From: Nitrospira japonica
GTDB lineage: Bacteria > Nitrospirota > Thermodesulfovibrionia > Thermodesulfovibrionales > SM23-35
NCBI GenBank assembly: GCA_020725385.1
Contig: DYFC01000016.1
Span: 1 to 49,292, forward strand
Reading direction: 5' to 3'
Length of the DNA: 49,292 bases
Numbering within the stretch: the stretch's first letter is position 1; every line of letters starts with the position of its first letter. The notes under the pieces were generated by a model. It was given only the letters and a program-made list of their open reading frames with translations. It did no database searches and was not told where the DNA came from. The translations under genes and the position numbers were made by a program. Positions 9,540 to 20,224 of the stretch are shown piece after piece.

Positions 9540-10169
9540 TTGGTAAATAAAATTGATTTTAATCTTTATCTTATAACTGACAGAAAACTTTTTAAGGCAG
9601 GCTGTTCAATGTATGTTGCACTTGAAACCGCACTTGAAGCAGGAATTAAGGCAGTACAATTGCGCGAAAAGGATTTACCTATAAGAGAAATCCTTGATAT
9701 GGCTTACTGGATGCGTGAGCTAACCGATGAATTTGATGCAAAACTTTTTATAAATGACAGGGTTGATATTGCTATGGCTGTTAAGGCTGATGGAGTACAT
9801 TTAACACAGAATAGTATGCCGGCTTACGCTGTAAAGAAGATTTCCGGAGGCAGACTTATTATAGGTCAATCAACACATAGTGTTGAAGAGGCTTTAAAAG
9901 CACAGGATGAGGGTGTTGATTTTATAACACTCGGCCCTATCTTTAAAACACCATCAAAAATTCAATACGGAGAACCTATTGGTATAGAGACGATAAGAAA
10001 TGCAAAAAAAAGTTTATCTATACCTGTATTTGCGATTGGCGGGATAAAGCCTGAAAATGTAAAAAAAGTAAGAAATGCGGGTGCAGATGGTATAGCTTTA
10101 ATATCTGCAATCCTTGCTGCTGAAGATAAGAGACAAATATCAGAAGAAATTTTGAGGTTATTAAAATGA
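9540..10169 (+). CDS. thiE: Thiamine phosphate synthase (TTG start)
   Basis: LYLITD, QLREK, INDRVDIA, GVHL, STHS, AIGGI. Confidence 0.93.
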   Translation: MVNKIDFNLYLITDRKLFKAGCSMYVALETALEAGIKAVQLREKDLPIREILDMAYWMRELTDEFDAKLFINDRVDIAMAVKADGVHLTQNSMPAYAVKKISGGRLIIGQSTHSVEEALKAQDEGVDFITLGPIFKTPSKIQYGEPIGIETIRNAKKSLSIPVFAIGGIKPENVKKVRNAGADGIALISAILAAEDKRQISEEILRLLK

Positions 10170-11452
10170 CAAGAATCGAACTTGCAAGAAAAGGATTAAT
10201 TACAGATGAAATTAAAGAGGTTGCGTTATCCGAGAACATATCACCAGAACAGCTTGCGTCTGATATTTCTTCAGGTGTTTCGGTTATTACAAGAAATGAA
10301 ATTCATAATATAAAGCCTCTTGGTATTGGTAGAGGCATGAGGATAAAGATAAATGCAAACATAGGAACATCCAAGGATAAAATATCTTTCGAAGAAGAAC
10401 TCAAGAAGCTCGATGTTCTTGTTCAATATGGAGCTGATGCAGTGATGGACCTTTCAACAGGTGGACGCATAAAAGATATGAGAAGACTTCTTCTAAGTAA
10501 ATCTCCTGTAGCAGTTGGTACCGTACCAATCTATGAAGCTGTTGTGCGTGCTGTTGAGTCTTATGGAACTATAGCAAAAATGACAACAGACACTATATTT
10601 CAGGTTATAAAAGAGCACTGTGAAGAAGGAGTCGATTTTATAACAGTGCATTGTGGAGTAACATTAAGAGCAATCGAGAGATTAAGAGAAGAAGGTAGAG
10701 TGCTGGATATTGTCAGTCGAGGAGGCTCTTTTTTACTTGAATGGATGATTTACAATGAAAAAGAGAATCCTCTTTATGAATATTATGACAGGCTCCTTGA
10801 AATAGTAAAAAAATATGATGTGACTTTAAGTCTCGGTGACGGTTTGCGTCCCGGCTGTCTTGAAGATGCTACAGACAGGAGTCAGATAGAAGAATTACTT
10901 ACTATCGGCGAATTAAGAGATAAGGCATTAGAAGCAGGAGTACAGGCAATTATTGAAGGTCCCGGTCATGTTCCTTTGAATCAAGTCGAGCTTAATATAA
11001 AACTTCAAAAAGAAATCTGCAAAGGTGCTCCTTTCTATGTTTTAGGGCCATTGGTAACAGATATAGCTATGGGGTATGACCATATCGCTGCTGCTATTGG
11101 AGGCGCAATCGCAGGAGCAGCAGGTGCTGATTTTTTATGTTACGTGACACCTGCAGAACATATTTGTTTGCCTGATATTGAAGATGTTAAAGAAGGAGTT
11201 ATTGCATCTAAAATTGCCGCTCATGCTGCAGACATTGCAAAAGGGGTTCCAGGAGCGATTGAGCTTGATAAAAAAATGGCAAGGTACAGAAAAAACCTTG
11301 ACTGGAACGGACAGATTGCATTGAGTTTCAATCCTGAAAAAATCAAAAAGTTGCGTGCTGAAACCCCGCCTTCAGAACAGGAAGTATGCAGTATGTGTGG
11401 TGAATTTTGTGCAATTAGGACTGTAGAAAGGGCATTAAGAAAAAAGAAATAG
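10166..11452 (+). CDS. thiC: Phosphomethylpyrimidine synthase (short form)
   Basis: KINANIG, MDLSTGG, VSRGGS, LGDGLRPG, EGPGH, CSMCGEFC. Confidence 0.97.
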   Translation: MTRIELARKGLITDEIKEVALSENISPEQLASDISSGVSVITRNEIHNIKPLGIGRGMRIKINANIGTSKDKISFEEELKKLDVLVQYGADAVMDLSTGGRIKDMRRLLLSKSPVAVGTVPIYEAVVRAVESYGTIAKMTTDTIFQVIKEHCEEGVDFITVHCGVTLRAIERLREEGRVLDIVSRGGSFLLEWMIYNEKENPLYEYYDRLLEIVKKYDVTLSLGDGLRPGCLEDATDRSQIEELLTIGELRDKALEAGVQAIIEGPGHVPLNQVELNIKLQKEICKGAPFYVLGPLVTDIAMGYDHIAAAIGGAIAGAAGADFLCYVTPAEHICLPDIEDVKEGVIASKIAAHAADIAKGVPGAIELDKKMARYRKNLDWNGQIALSFNPEKIKKLRAETPPSEQEVCSMCGEFCAIRTVERALRKKK

Positions 11453-11459
11453 AGAAGTT

Positions 11460-12224
11460 ATGACAAAAACAGCACTTACTATAGCCGGGTCTGATCCAAC
11501 CGGCGGTGCAGGACTTCAGGCTGATCTTAAGGTTTTCAGATATTTCAATGTGCACGGACTTTCTGTTGTTACATCCATAACAGCCCAGAATACTCAAGGA
11601 GTTGATTCTGTTTTTCCTGTCGGGAGGGAAGCGTTTCAAAAACAACTGGATGTTATCTTATCCGATATTAAGCCGGATGCTCTTAAAACAGGAATGATTT
11701 ATAGTAAATGGATGATTGATGTTGTTGTTAGGGTAATTAGGGAATATTCACTTAAGAATCTTGTGATTGATCCTGTATCTGTTTCTTCTTCAGGTAAAAG
11801 TCTTATGGAAGATGGCACTCTGGATGAAATAAAAGATAAATTATTCCCTTTATCAAAAGTCATTACTCCGAATATTTACGAGGCATCTGTTCTAACAGGA
11901 ATGCTGATAGAAGACAGGTCAGGTATGGAACAGGCTGCAAAAGCTCTAAAAAATATGGGGCCAGAGATTGTAGTAATAACAGGCGGTCATTTAAATAATA
12001 CCGCACTTGATCTTTATTATGATGGCGAATTCCGTAAAGTCGAATCAGAAAAGATGAAGGGTGAATATCATGGAACAGGCTGTGCCTTTTCTGCGGCTAT
12101 TACAGCGCTTCTTGCCCTTAATTATACCCCTCTTAAAGCAGTACGAAAAGCAAAAGAATTTATCAAAACAGCCATTAAAGAATCTTTCCGCATAGGAAAG
12201 GGAACGGGATTACTAAATTTATAG
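11460..12224 (+). CDS. thiD: Hydroxymethylpyrimidine/phosphomethylpyrimidine kinase
   Basis: TIAGSDPTGGAGLQADLK, TPNIYEA, HGTGC. Confidence 0.96.
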   Translation: MTKTALTIAGSDPTGGAGLQADLKVFRYFNVHGLSVVTSITAQNTQGVDSVFPVGREAFQKQLDVILSDIKPDALKTGMIYSKWMIDVVVRVIREYSLKNLVIDPVSVSSSGKSLMEDGTLDEIKDKLFPLSKVITPNIYEASVLTGMLIEDRSGMEQAAKALKNMGPEIVVITGGHLNNTALDLYYDGEFRKVESEKMKGEYHGTGCAFSAAITALLALNYTPLKAVRKAKEFIKTAIKESFRIGKGTGLLNL

Positions 12225-12226
12225 AA

Positions 12227-12772
12227 TTACCCGCTTATATCTGACGAAGAAATAATCTTTACCCCTGCTTTTTCCATTTCTTTATAAGCCCTATCTACAT
12301 CTCCTGCCTTCAATTCTACACCCTCTACTGCTTCTTTTATTACAAATGTAATGAATCCTCTTTTAACAGCATCTATTGCTGTTTCCTTAACACAATACTC
12401 TGTTACAAGACCGGTTATATAAAGTTCGTTTACTCCGTTGTCTTTTAGAAATTTTCCAAGATCAATATCAATACCTTCAAATATAGAATAACCTTCTTCC
12501 TGATCTAATGTACCCTTAAGAACAATCCTGTTAATTTTTTCTTTCTTCAAATCAGGATGTAATTCAGCGCCTTTTGTGCCTTGAACACAATGCTTAGGCC
12601 ATTTATTAAAATGTACAGTTTTTTCAGGATGCCAGTCTTTTGAAGCAATAATTAAAGGAAATTTATCCAATAAATCGTTTATAACCGGAACAACCCTGTC
12701 ACCATAAGGAGCAGGCAGGGCGCCACCCGGACAAAAATCATTCTGCACATCTACTATTAGGAGAGCTTTCAT
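12227..12772 (-). CDS. pncA: Nicotinamidase/pyrazinamidase
   Basis: VDVQNDFCPGGAL, DWH, WPKHC, EYCVKETA; adjacent to pncB. Confidence 0.94.
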   Translation of the reverse strand: MKALLIVDVQNDFCPGGALPAPYGDRVVPVINDLLDKFPLIIASKDWHPEKTVHFNKWPKHCVQGTKGAELHPDLKKEKINRIVLKGTLDQEEGYSIFEGIDIDLGKFLKDNGVNELYITGLVTEYCVKETAIDAVKRGFITFVIKEAVEGVELKAGDVDRAYKEMEKAGVKIISSSDISG

Positions 12773-12775
12773 TTG

Positions 12776-14206
12776 CTAATAACCTCCTCTCTTATATTTA
12801 CTACGTATATCTTCAATAATAGATGAACGCAAATCCATTAATTTTCTACTTATCCCCACTTTATATATATGTGGATTCTCAAAACGTTTATGTTCATCGG
12901 GCAGTTGCTTCAATCTTGTGCGAACATATTCAGCTATTTCTGAAGTTTTCTTTCTATCGATTATTATCTTTCCTTTCTCCATTACCTTATGGTGGATATT
13001 TTCCCTTTTATATGATTTAACCGAACAATTTTTATCAGGATAAAGAGGATGATAAATCATTTCTATATCTTCTTCGCCGGCAAGCGAAATACAATCAGCA
13101 TAAAAATTTCCATCATTATCAATATATCTCCATAAATTCTTTATGCCTGGAAGGATAATCTTTTCGGGATTCTCCGAGATTTTTAATCTTGGTTTGTTAT
13201 CGCTCATGCAAAGCTTATATACACCATCGAGAGCAGCATCCTCCTGCCCGGTAACAAGCTTTGTTCCAACACCAAATGCATCAATAGGTGCGCCCTGTTC
13301 AAGAAGGCTCCTGATAACATATTCATCGAGCTGGTTCGAGGTCATTATCTTAACATAATTCAATCCGGCATCATCAAGCATCTTTCTGGCTTTTTTGCTT
13401 AAATATGCGAGATCTCCGCTATCGAGACGGACTCCTAATAATTTTTGGCCATAAGCTTCCATTTCTTTAGCAACCTTAATGGCATTTGGTATGCCTGATT
13501 CAAGAGTATCATACGTATCGACAAGAAAAACACATTTTAGTGGAAATGCTCTCGCGAAATCTCTGAAAGCAGTAATCTCGTCATCATAAGATTGAACCCA
13601 TGAATGTGCCTGGGTACCTGCAGAGGTAAGACCAAACATAAATGCACTATAAACATTTGATGTGCTATTTGCCCCTCCAATTATAGCAGCCCTGCTTGCA
13701 TGAATTCCTCCGAGTCCTTGAGCCCTCCTGAGTCCAAAATCGATAAAAAGCCTTTCACCTGCTACATATCTTATACGCGCTGCCTTTGTGGCTATAAGTG
13801 ATTCAAAGTTGAGTAAGTTAAGGAGCATTGTCTCGATAATCTGGGTTTCTATAATATTGCCTTCGACCCTGACAATTGGTTCATAAGGGAATACAATCTC
13901 TCCTTCTTGAGGAGAATATATGTCAGCCATAAACCGGAACTCCCTTAGATAATCGATAAACTCCGAAGCAAAACCGATTGATTTCAAATAATCGAGGTCT
14001 TCATTTTCAAATTGCATATTCTCGAGAGTTTCCAGAAGATCGTATAATCCTGCGAAGACTACATATCCACCTTTGAATGGATTTTTTCTGAAAAAATAAT
14101 CGAAACATGCAGGAATGTCTTTTTTGTTATTCAATAAATAACCCTGCGCCATCGTAAGTTCGTAATGGTCTGTATAGATACCTGCATGCTTCTTAAGTAT
14201 TGACAT
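12776..14206 (-). CDS. pncB: Nicotinate phosphoribosyltransferase (start reassigned to 14206, MSILKKH...)
   Basis: TDHYELTM, DFGLRRAQ, GTQAHSW, LVDTYD, VRLDSGDL; GGAG SD upstream of the ATG at 14206. Confidence 0.95.
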   Translation of the reverse strand: MSILKKHAGIYTDHYELTMAQGYLLNNKKDIPACFDYFFRKNPFKGGYVVFAGLYDLLETLENMQFENEDLDYLKSIGFASEFIDYLREFRFMADIYSPQEGEIVFPYEPIVRVEGNIIETQIIETMLLNLLNFESLIATKAARIRYVAGERLFIDFGLRRAQGLGGIHASRAAIIGGANSTSNVYSAFMFGLTSAGTQAHSWVQSYDDEITAFRDFARAFPLKCVFLVDTYDTLESGIPNAIKVAKEMEAYGQKLLGVRLDSGDLAYLSKKARKMLDDAGLNYVKIMTSNQLDEYVIRSLLEQGAPIDAFGVGTKLVTGQEDAALDGVYKLCMSDNKPRLKISENPEKIILPGIKNLWRYIDNDGNFYADCISLAGEEDIEMIYHPLYPDKNCSVKSYKRENIHHKVMEKGKIIIDRKKTSEIAEYVRTRLKQLPDEHKRFENPHIYKVGISRKLMDLRSSIIEDIRSKYKRGGY

Positions 14207-14408
14207 TAAAAATACTCCGGAACTACAAAGACACTTAAAAATTAAATTCTGTATTGTTACAAATTTACATTTAGTATTGATTAGTATAATAACTTTCAAA
14301 AATAACTTTTGCAAATCATCCGGTTCAAATACAGACAATAAAAGATTTGACATCTGATAAAATAAACATTGAAGAAAAAATACTAATTTAGTAAAAGAGG
14401 AGGCAATT

Positions 14409-14759
14409 ATGGTTGAAGAATGGATAACCGAAGTCAAAAAGAACGCGGATTTCAATGAATTGGGCATGATTCTTATCCACAACGGGATGGTAAGGGCTAC
14501 ATCAAAAGAGGGCAAACCGGTAAAAGGAATGCATCTAACGTATAACAAGAATAAGTTACAAAAACTTATCGGAGAATATTCTAAAAAAGAGGGAATCATT
14601 GCTATAAAAGCATGGATTAACGAAGGCAATTTGACCATTGGAGATGATATTATGTACCTCCTCGTTGCAGGTAGATTCAGGAAGTTTGTCCTGCCTGTTT
14701 TTGAAGAAGTGCTCTCAAGAATTAAAAATGAAATTGTCTCCGAAAAAGAATTTTCTTAA
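14409..14759 (+). CDS. moaE: Molybdopterin synthase large subunit (MoaE)-like protein, short form
   Basis: GMILIHNGMVR, GNLTIGDDIM..VAGRFR, K.EIV.EKE pattern; GAGGAGG SD. Confidence 0.7.
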   Translation: MVEEWITEVKKNADFNELGMILIHNGMVRATSKEGKPVKGMHLTYNKNKLQKLIGEYSKKEGIIAIKAWINEGNLTIGDDIMYLLVAGRFRKFVLPVFEEVLSRIKNEIVSEKEFS

Positions 14760-14806
14760 GAAAAATATTTATAATATATCAATGAGATTACAATAAGGAG
14801 AAATTA

Positions 14807-14992
14807 ATGGAAAATAAAGAATCCAAGTGCAATGTTAGAAAACCAGCACCCGAGAGACTTCAGGCACTAAGGAGTCTTCCTGCTGATATAGTAAAATCAT
14901 TTTCCAAAGAAGAAATGAATGCATTTTTATTTGAAGACGACTGGCCTGATTCATTGCAGGAAAAATTAAAAGACTACATGGTTGAGGAATAA
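14807..14992 (+). CDS. Small hypothetical protein (61 aa)
   Basis: AAGGAG SD, fills the gap co-directionally before radA. Confidence 0.65.
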   Translation: MENKESKCNVRKPAPERLQALRSLPADIVKSFSKEEMNAFLFEDDWPDSLQEKLKDYMVEE

Positions 14993-15009
14993 TTTTTAAT
15001 AATAATTAA

Positions 15010-16374
15010 ATGTCAAAAGCAAAAACTTTTTTTCAGTGCCAGGCCTGTGGTTATATGAGTCCAAAGTGGCTTGGAAAATGCCCTGACTGCGGTGCGTGGA
15101 ATAGTTTTGCTGAAGAAAAAAAAGAGATTTCATCACGTTATTCTTCCGTTGTAGCACATATCGGGAAATCAGAGCCTAAACCTCTAAGTTCGGTAAAACA
15201 TGAAACCGGCAAGAGAATTATAACCGGGATTAATGAACTTGACAGGGTTTTAGGAGGAGGTATTGTCTCCGGTTCAGTAATTCTAATAGGAGGAGATCCC
15301 GGCATCGGTAAATCGACCCTGCTTATACAGGCTCTTTCCAGAATTTCAAAAAAGCATGGTATTGTTTTATATGTATCTGGAGAAGAATCACCCGAGCAGA
15401 TAAAAATAAGGGCTGACAGGCTCTCCATCAATTCTGACAACATAATACTTCATGCAGAGACTTCCCTTGAATCTATTTTACATTCTGCCGTTAATCTTAG
15501 ACCAAAAGTAATGGTTATTGATTCTATACAGACAATATATACAGAAGAAATCATGTCTGCTCCGGGGTCGGTCAGTCAGGTTCGTGAATGTGCTGCAAAA
15601 CTTATGTTATTTGCAAAAAAATCCGACCTGCCTGTCTTTATCGTAGGGCATGTAACAAAAGAAGGTGCGATTGCAGGTCCACGCGTGCTTGAGCATATTG
15701 TTGATACTGTGTTGTACTTTGAAGGTGACAGCGGACACTCATACCGTATTCTTCGGGCTGTTAAAAATCGTTTTGGCTCTGTTAATGAGATTGGTATTTT
15801 TGAAATGTCAGATTCAGGATTGCTCGAGGTAGAGAATCCCTCGGAACTTTTCTTGCTCGAGCGGCCTGTTAATGCATCGGGGTCAACTGTTGTTGCAACA
15901 ACAGAAGGCACACGGACATTAATGGTCGAAATTCAATCACTCGTTACCCAAACAACTTTTGGCATGCCACGCAGAACCACTATAGGTGTTGATTTTAACA
16001 GGGTAAATCTTCTTATCGCTGTACTTGAAAAAAAGGTTGGAATGCATCTCGGAGGTATGGATGTTTTTGTTAATGTAGTTGGAGGGCTTAAGATAATAGA
16101 ACCCTCTGTTGATCTGGGCATAATTACTACTATTGCCTCATCATTCAAAAATATACCGGTTAATCCGGGACTCTTTGTATTTGGTGAAGTTGGTCTTTCC
16201 GGAGAGATACGTGCAGTGGCCCAGGCAGAAAATCGCCTTAAGGAAGCATCAAAAATCGGGTTTAAAACAGCGGTGATTCCTTATGGTAACTACCAAAAAA
16301 TCAGAGGAGATTTTGGATTACAAATTTCAGGAGTTAAAAATGTACAGGAATGCATCGAGATTATTTTTTCTTAG
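15010..16374 (+). CDS. radA: DNA repair protein RadA/Sms
   Basis: CxxC...CxxC zinc finger, GDPGIGKSTL, KNRFG, GEVGLSGE. Confidence 0.98.
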   Translation: MSKAKTFFQCQACGYMSPKWLGKCPDCGAWNSFAEEKKEISSRYSSVVAHIGKSEPKPLSSVKHETGKRIITGINELDRVLGGGIVSGSVILIGGDPGIGKSTLLIQALSRISKKHGIVLYVSGEESPEQIKIRADRLSINSDNIILHAETSLESILHSAVNLRPKVMVIDSIQTIYTEEIMSAPGSVSQVRECAAKLMLFAKKSDLPVFIVGHVTKEGAIAGPRVLEHIVDTVLYFEGDSGHSYRILRAVKNRFGSVNEIGIFEMSDSGLLEVENPSELFLLERPVNASGSTVVATTEGTRTLMVEIQSLVTQTTFGMPRRTTIGVDFNRVNLLIAVLEKKVGMHLGGMDVFVNVVGGLKIIEPSVDLGIITTIASSFKNIPVNPGLFVFGEVGLSGEIRAVAQAENRLKEASKIGFKTAVIPYGNYQKIRGDFGLQISGVKNVQECIEIIFS

Positions 16375-16969
16375 TATCCTGATCATGCTCTTTGCGTGTG
16401 CACCAAAACGTGTTGAAATACCTACTTACGAAGGGAGCAGTCTGACAGATGTTCTTTCTTCTTATAAGGATATTTACTCAATTGATACAACTTTTTCTGC
16501 AACTTTTGAAAGAGAAGATACAGAAATCAGAGGTGATGGCATTGTAAGAATTTCAGATTCGGGTGATATGGATATGAGAATTTATTCTTTTGGTTTTCTT
16601 GCTTTTGAACTTTCTTCAAAAGACGGGGTAATAAAAAGCGAACCCCGGATCGATAATAATAAGTCAACTATACTCACATATGGTCTTCGGGATTGTCTTT
16701 TCTGGTGGGATATAAAGGATTATGATCTTGATGAAAGCCTGAATGACTATATCCTGATAAACAGCCAGCGCCATGTCTGGATAAATAAAAAGACAATGCT
16801 TCCAACAAAACAGGTTATTTTTCTGGACGATGGAAAGGAATTAGATATTATTTATGAGAATCCGGAAAAATTCGGTGACCTCTGGTATCCTTCGAAGTTA
16901 AGAATTGAATTTGCAAAATATGCAGTCGTGCTGAGGTTAAAAGATATGTCAGTTATCAGGAGAGGCTAA
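16340..16969 (+). CDS. Putative lipoprotein, LolB/LolA-like fold (start reassigned to 16340)
   Basis: AGGAG SD at 16329; signal peptide with lipobox LFAC; beta-rich body ending WYPSKLRI. Confidence 0.65.
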   Translation: MYRNASRLFFLSILIMLFACAPKRVEIPTYEGSSLTDVLSSYKDIYSIDTTFSATFEREDTEIRGDGIVRISDSGDMDMRIYSFGFLAFELSSKDGVIKSEPRIDNNKSTILTYGLRDCLFWWDIKDYDLDESLNDYILINSQRHVWINKKTMLPTKQVIFLDDGKELDIIYENPEKFGDLWYPSKLRIEFAKYAVVLRLKDMSVIRRG

Positions 16970-17773
16970 CCCAAGATCAACAGCTACTGTTTTTATTGTT
17001 GTAGAATCAACTCTCGGTAACTTTGCCAGGAATCCTTCAAGAAGAGCATTATCACATACAGCATTAATCAATCTTGGAGTTCCTTTTGTGTAAAGAAAGA
17101 TTGATTTTATAGCTTCCGGTGTAAATATTTCTTTGCTGCAACCGGCAACACCCATGCGATGTTTTATGTACTCACCTGTATCGGACTCGGTAAATTGTTT
17201 AAGTGTAATTTTCATTGCAACTCTCTGTTTTAAAGGTTCATCAAGGGCTAGAACTTTCTCGAGATCAGGAAGACCAAAAAAAAGAAAATTTATCATTTTG
17301 CCATCAGGAGATTCCATATTTAAAATACCCCTGAATTCTTCCATTATCTCTTTTGAATTGAGCATCTGAACTTCGTCAACCATTACAACAGCTTTCTTGC
17401 CTTCTTCATTTATCTCATAGAGCCTCCGGTAAATTTGTGTCAGAAGTTCGACTTTATCATCTTTCGGGTCCTTAATCCCGAGCTGGAGTGCGAATTTTTT
17501 AAAAAGCCACTCGGAACTTACACTTGAATGAACAACTACGAGTAAAGCAGCTTCATATTCATTTTCATCAAGTTCCTCAAGAAATCTTCTTGCAAGAGTT
17601 GTCTTGCCTGTGCCAATATTTCCTATTACAACTGCCAGACCTTTTCTTGTATCTACAGCATATTTAAGCTTAATCAATGCATCAGAATGCTGGGGGCTGT
17701 TAAAATAGAATCTATTATCCACAACATTGGAAAAAGGATGTTCTTTCAGACCAAAATATTCAAGATAATCCAT
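16949..17773 (-). CDS. ExeA/GspA-family AAA ATPase
   Basis: YLEYFGLKEHPFS, GNIGTGKTT, VDEVQ, GTPRLINAVCDNALL. Confidence 0.9.
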   Translation of the reverse strand: MDYLEYFGLKEHPFSNVVDNRFYFNSPQHSDALIKLKYAVDTRKGLAVVIGNIGTGKTTLARRFLEELDENEYEAALLVVVHSSVSSEWLFKKFALQLGIKDPKDDKVELLTQIYRRLYEINEEGKKAVVMVDEVQMLNSKEIMEEFRGILNMESPDGKMINFLFFGLPDLEKVLALDEPLKQRVAMKITLKQFTESDTGEYIKHRMGVAGCSKEIFTPEAIKSIFLYTKGTPRLINAVCDNALLEGFLAKLPRVDSTTIKTVAVDLGLASPDN

Positions 17774-17775
17774 AC

Positions 17776-20043
17776 TTACAGGTAAGAAACCCTATCCTTT
17801 CTGTCTCTCGTTTTCTTTTCACCCTTATCTGTCATTAAAGCCCTAACCTGATCTATCTTTGAGGAAACTGCTCTGAACTTTGAATTCCAGCCAAATACCT
17901 CTGTATATAAATCTAAAGCTTCCTTAAGATTGCCATTCTTTTCATATGCTTCGGCAAGATCATATTTCATTGCCCAGTAGGATTCTCCCCGATCTTCCAT
18001 TTTTTCGACCGCATTTTTTAATACATCTATTGCAAGAGAATAAAGCCCTTTTTCTAAATAACACACACCAAGCATATTTGAAGAGTGTATAAATCTTTTC
18101 GGGTCATTCCGTGAAGCTTGAAATTCACGGATAGCATCATCTATAAGCCCCATCTCTTTATATGCAATACCAAGATTGTAATGAGTCTCATAATCTTCAG
18201 GTTCGAGTTCTTTTTCCAGACCCTTTTTAAATTCGTTGAATATATCAAGAACATCGCTATCCAATTCTGGTTCAGTAATATCGAGTAATTCAGGTACTTC
18301 TTCAACAGGGTGTGGTTCAACAGTACTTTCAATAATTTGCTCGGGTTCTTCTGTTAATGGTATCTGTTCGAGCGAAGCCAAGCGCTGGTTAATTTCTTCA
18401 TTATCAGGAAATAGGCTTTGAAGCCTTTCAAGAATCGCCCTTGCTTCATCAAAAAGTCCCTGTCTTGCATAAAAAGCAGCCTCTGAAAGTTCTTCGGTGT
18501 AATCATCAATTACAGGACCTTCAGGAACCAATGGTTCAGGAACTTTTTCCGAAACCTCTTCAGGAGAAATATGAGCAAGCTTTGGATTATCGGGGTCAAT
18601 TTCAAATGCTTCTCTTAACATCTGGGCACTTTTATCCGGCTCTCCGTTCTGTCTATAAATATGGTAAAGTCGCAAACATTCATCGATTGCGTTGTCTTTT
18701 TCGTCATTTTCAAAATATAGAGTCTTTAGCCTCTGGTGAAGAATAACATGCGCGGGTTCTTTATCTTTGAGTGACTCAAGGAGTTCCCTTGCGTTCTCTT
18801 TTAGTCCATACTTTAAATAAATGTCTGCCTCAAGAATTGCCTCATCAACAGTTTTTTCAACTTCCGAAGGTAAGGTTGATTTTAATATTTCTTTTTCGAG
18901 TTCTATAAGTCTTAATTTTATTATTTCGTCATTTGGGGTTATATTTAAAACTTCTTTTAGACAATTTAAGGCTTCACTTTTCATATCCCTTAAAATAAAA
19001 ACATCGGCGAGTGAAATCAGTTCACGCGCTACATGTTCCTGCTCCCCTATTTGTCTATATAGAGAGACAAGACGCTTGCCTGTTTCAAGAGGATCTATAT
19101 CTTTAAACGATTCCAGAAGTTTTATCGCATCCTCATATTTTTCTTCAAGGATCATCTCATCGAGAACAGGCAAATATTCACCCCATGCTTTTTCTCTTTG
19201 ACCCTTTTTATTATAAACATCACCAAGAAGTCTTCTGGCTTTTATATTAGAGGGTTCCTTATCAAGGGTTTTTTGAAGATATTCGACTGCATTATCATAC
19301 ATGTTGTTAACAATATATATTTCGGTAGCTCTCATTAAAATGTCGGTATCATCAGGAAATAAGCTTACAGCCTCTTTCATATATTCGATGGCTTTATTTA
19401 AATCGCCAGTTCTTTCATACAACTCGGACAATCCAAGAATTGCCTGCTTATTAACAGGCTCTAAGTCAAGCACCTTCTGGTAATAAAAAATTGACTTATC
19501 AACTTCACCCTTTTCCAGCAATAGCGCAGCGATTTGTAAATATTGTTTGGAAGCCTCGCTTAATAATCCGTCGCGCACATATATTTCTGCTACCTTACTC
19601 CTTAGCGGGACATTTGAAGGTGACAGGGATAGTATTCTGCTGTAGATTTCAAGAATTTTTTCTTTTTTGCCTTCCTTTGAAAGGCTGTCTGCAGCAGCAA
19701 GATAAAACTTTATTGCATCTGTTATCAACCCTTTAGCTTCATTAAGTTCACCTAAAGAAAATAAAGCAACTGTATCATTGGGCATTATATTGAGTATTTT
19801 TTTGTATAAAGCCAGAGCCTTAAGTGCAAAACCCTCCTGCTTGAAATAAGAGGCAGCCTTATGGAATGATTCAACAGCAGTAGAGCGGCCTCCTTTTTTA
19901 AGATATAAATCGCCTAATGTATTGAAAGAATTACCATCAGGGAACTCTTTGACAAGTTTTTCCCACTCGGAGATAGCTCTATCTATCTGACCCCTTGCAA
20001 GATATTTTTGGGCTTCTTTTATAATCGCTGATTTATCTGACAT
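17776..20043 (-). CDS. Large tetratricopeptide repeat protein (SgmX-like architecture)
   Basis: N-terminal TPR array, acidic Pro/Glu linker, C-terminal TPRs beginning DYETHYNLGIAYKEMGL. Confidence 0.8.
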   Translation of the reverse strand: MSDKSAIIKEAQKYLARGQIDRAISEWEKLVKEFPDGNSFNTLGDLYLKKGGRSTAVESFHKAASYFKQEGFALKALALYKKILNIMPNDTVALFSLGELNEAKGLITDAIKFYLAAADSLSKEGKKEKILEIYSRILSLSPSNVPLRSKVAEIYVRDGLLSEASKQYLQIAALLLEKGEVDKSIFYYQKVLDLEPVNKQAILGLSELYERTGDLNKAIEYMKEAVSLFPDDTDILMRATEIYIVNNMYDNAVEYLQKTLDKEPSNIKARRLLGDVYNKKGQREKAWGEYLPVLDEMILEEKYEDAIKLLESFKDIDPLETGKRLVSLYRQIGEQEHVARELISLADVFILRDMKSEALNCLKEVLNITPNDEIIKLRLIELEKEILKSTLPSEVEKTVDEAILEADIYLKYGLKENARELLESLKDKEPAHVILHQRLKTLYFENDEKDNAIDECLRLYHIYRQNGEPDKSAQMLREAFEIDPDNPKLAHISPEEVSEKVPEPLVPEGPVIDDYTEELSEAAFYARQGLFDEARAILERLQSLFPDNEEINQRLASLEQIPLTEEPEQIIESTVEPHPVEEVPELLDITEPELDSDVLDIFNEFKKGLEKELEPEDYETHYNLGIAYKEMGLIDDAIREFQASRNDPKRFIHSSNMLGVCYLEKGLYSLAIDVLKNAVEKMEDRGESYWAMKYDLAEAYEKNGNLKEALDLYTEVFGWNSKFRAVSSKIDQVRALMTDKGEKKTRDRKDRVSYL

Positions 20044-20224
20044 TGTATGTATTATTCAAAGTATCACATATAGATTAAGCTGTCAATATAACATCCGAAA
20101 CGGATTATAATAATTCCAGTCGCAAATATCTTATTCATACCCCTGCGCCAATCTTTTCTATTTTATCACAAATTATTATTGATTAACCCGAAAAATGCAG
20201 TTGAGGTAATGCAAATGTTATAAA

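Noticed and set aside
14207-14638. 144-aa N-terminal extension of pncB in the ORF track
   Set aside because: It overlaps the moaE-like gene on the opposite strand; homology and an SD start at ATG 14206
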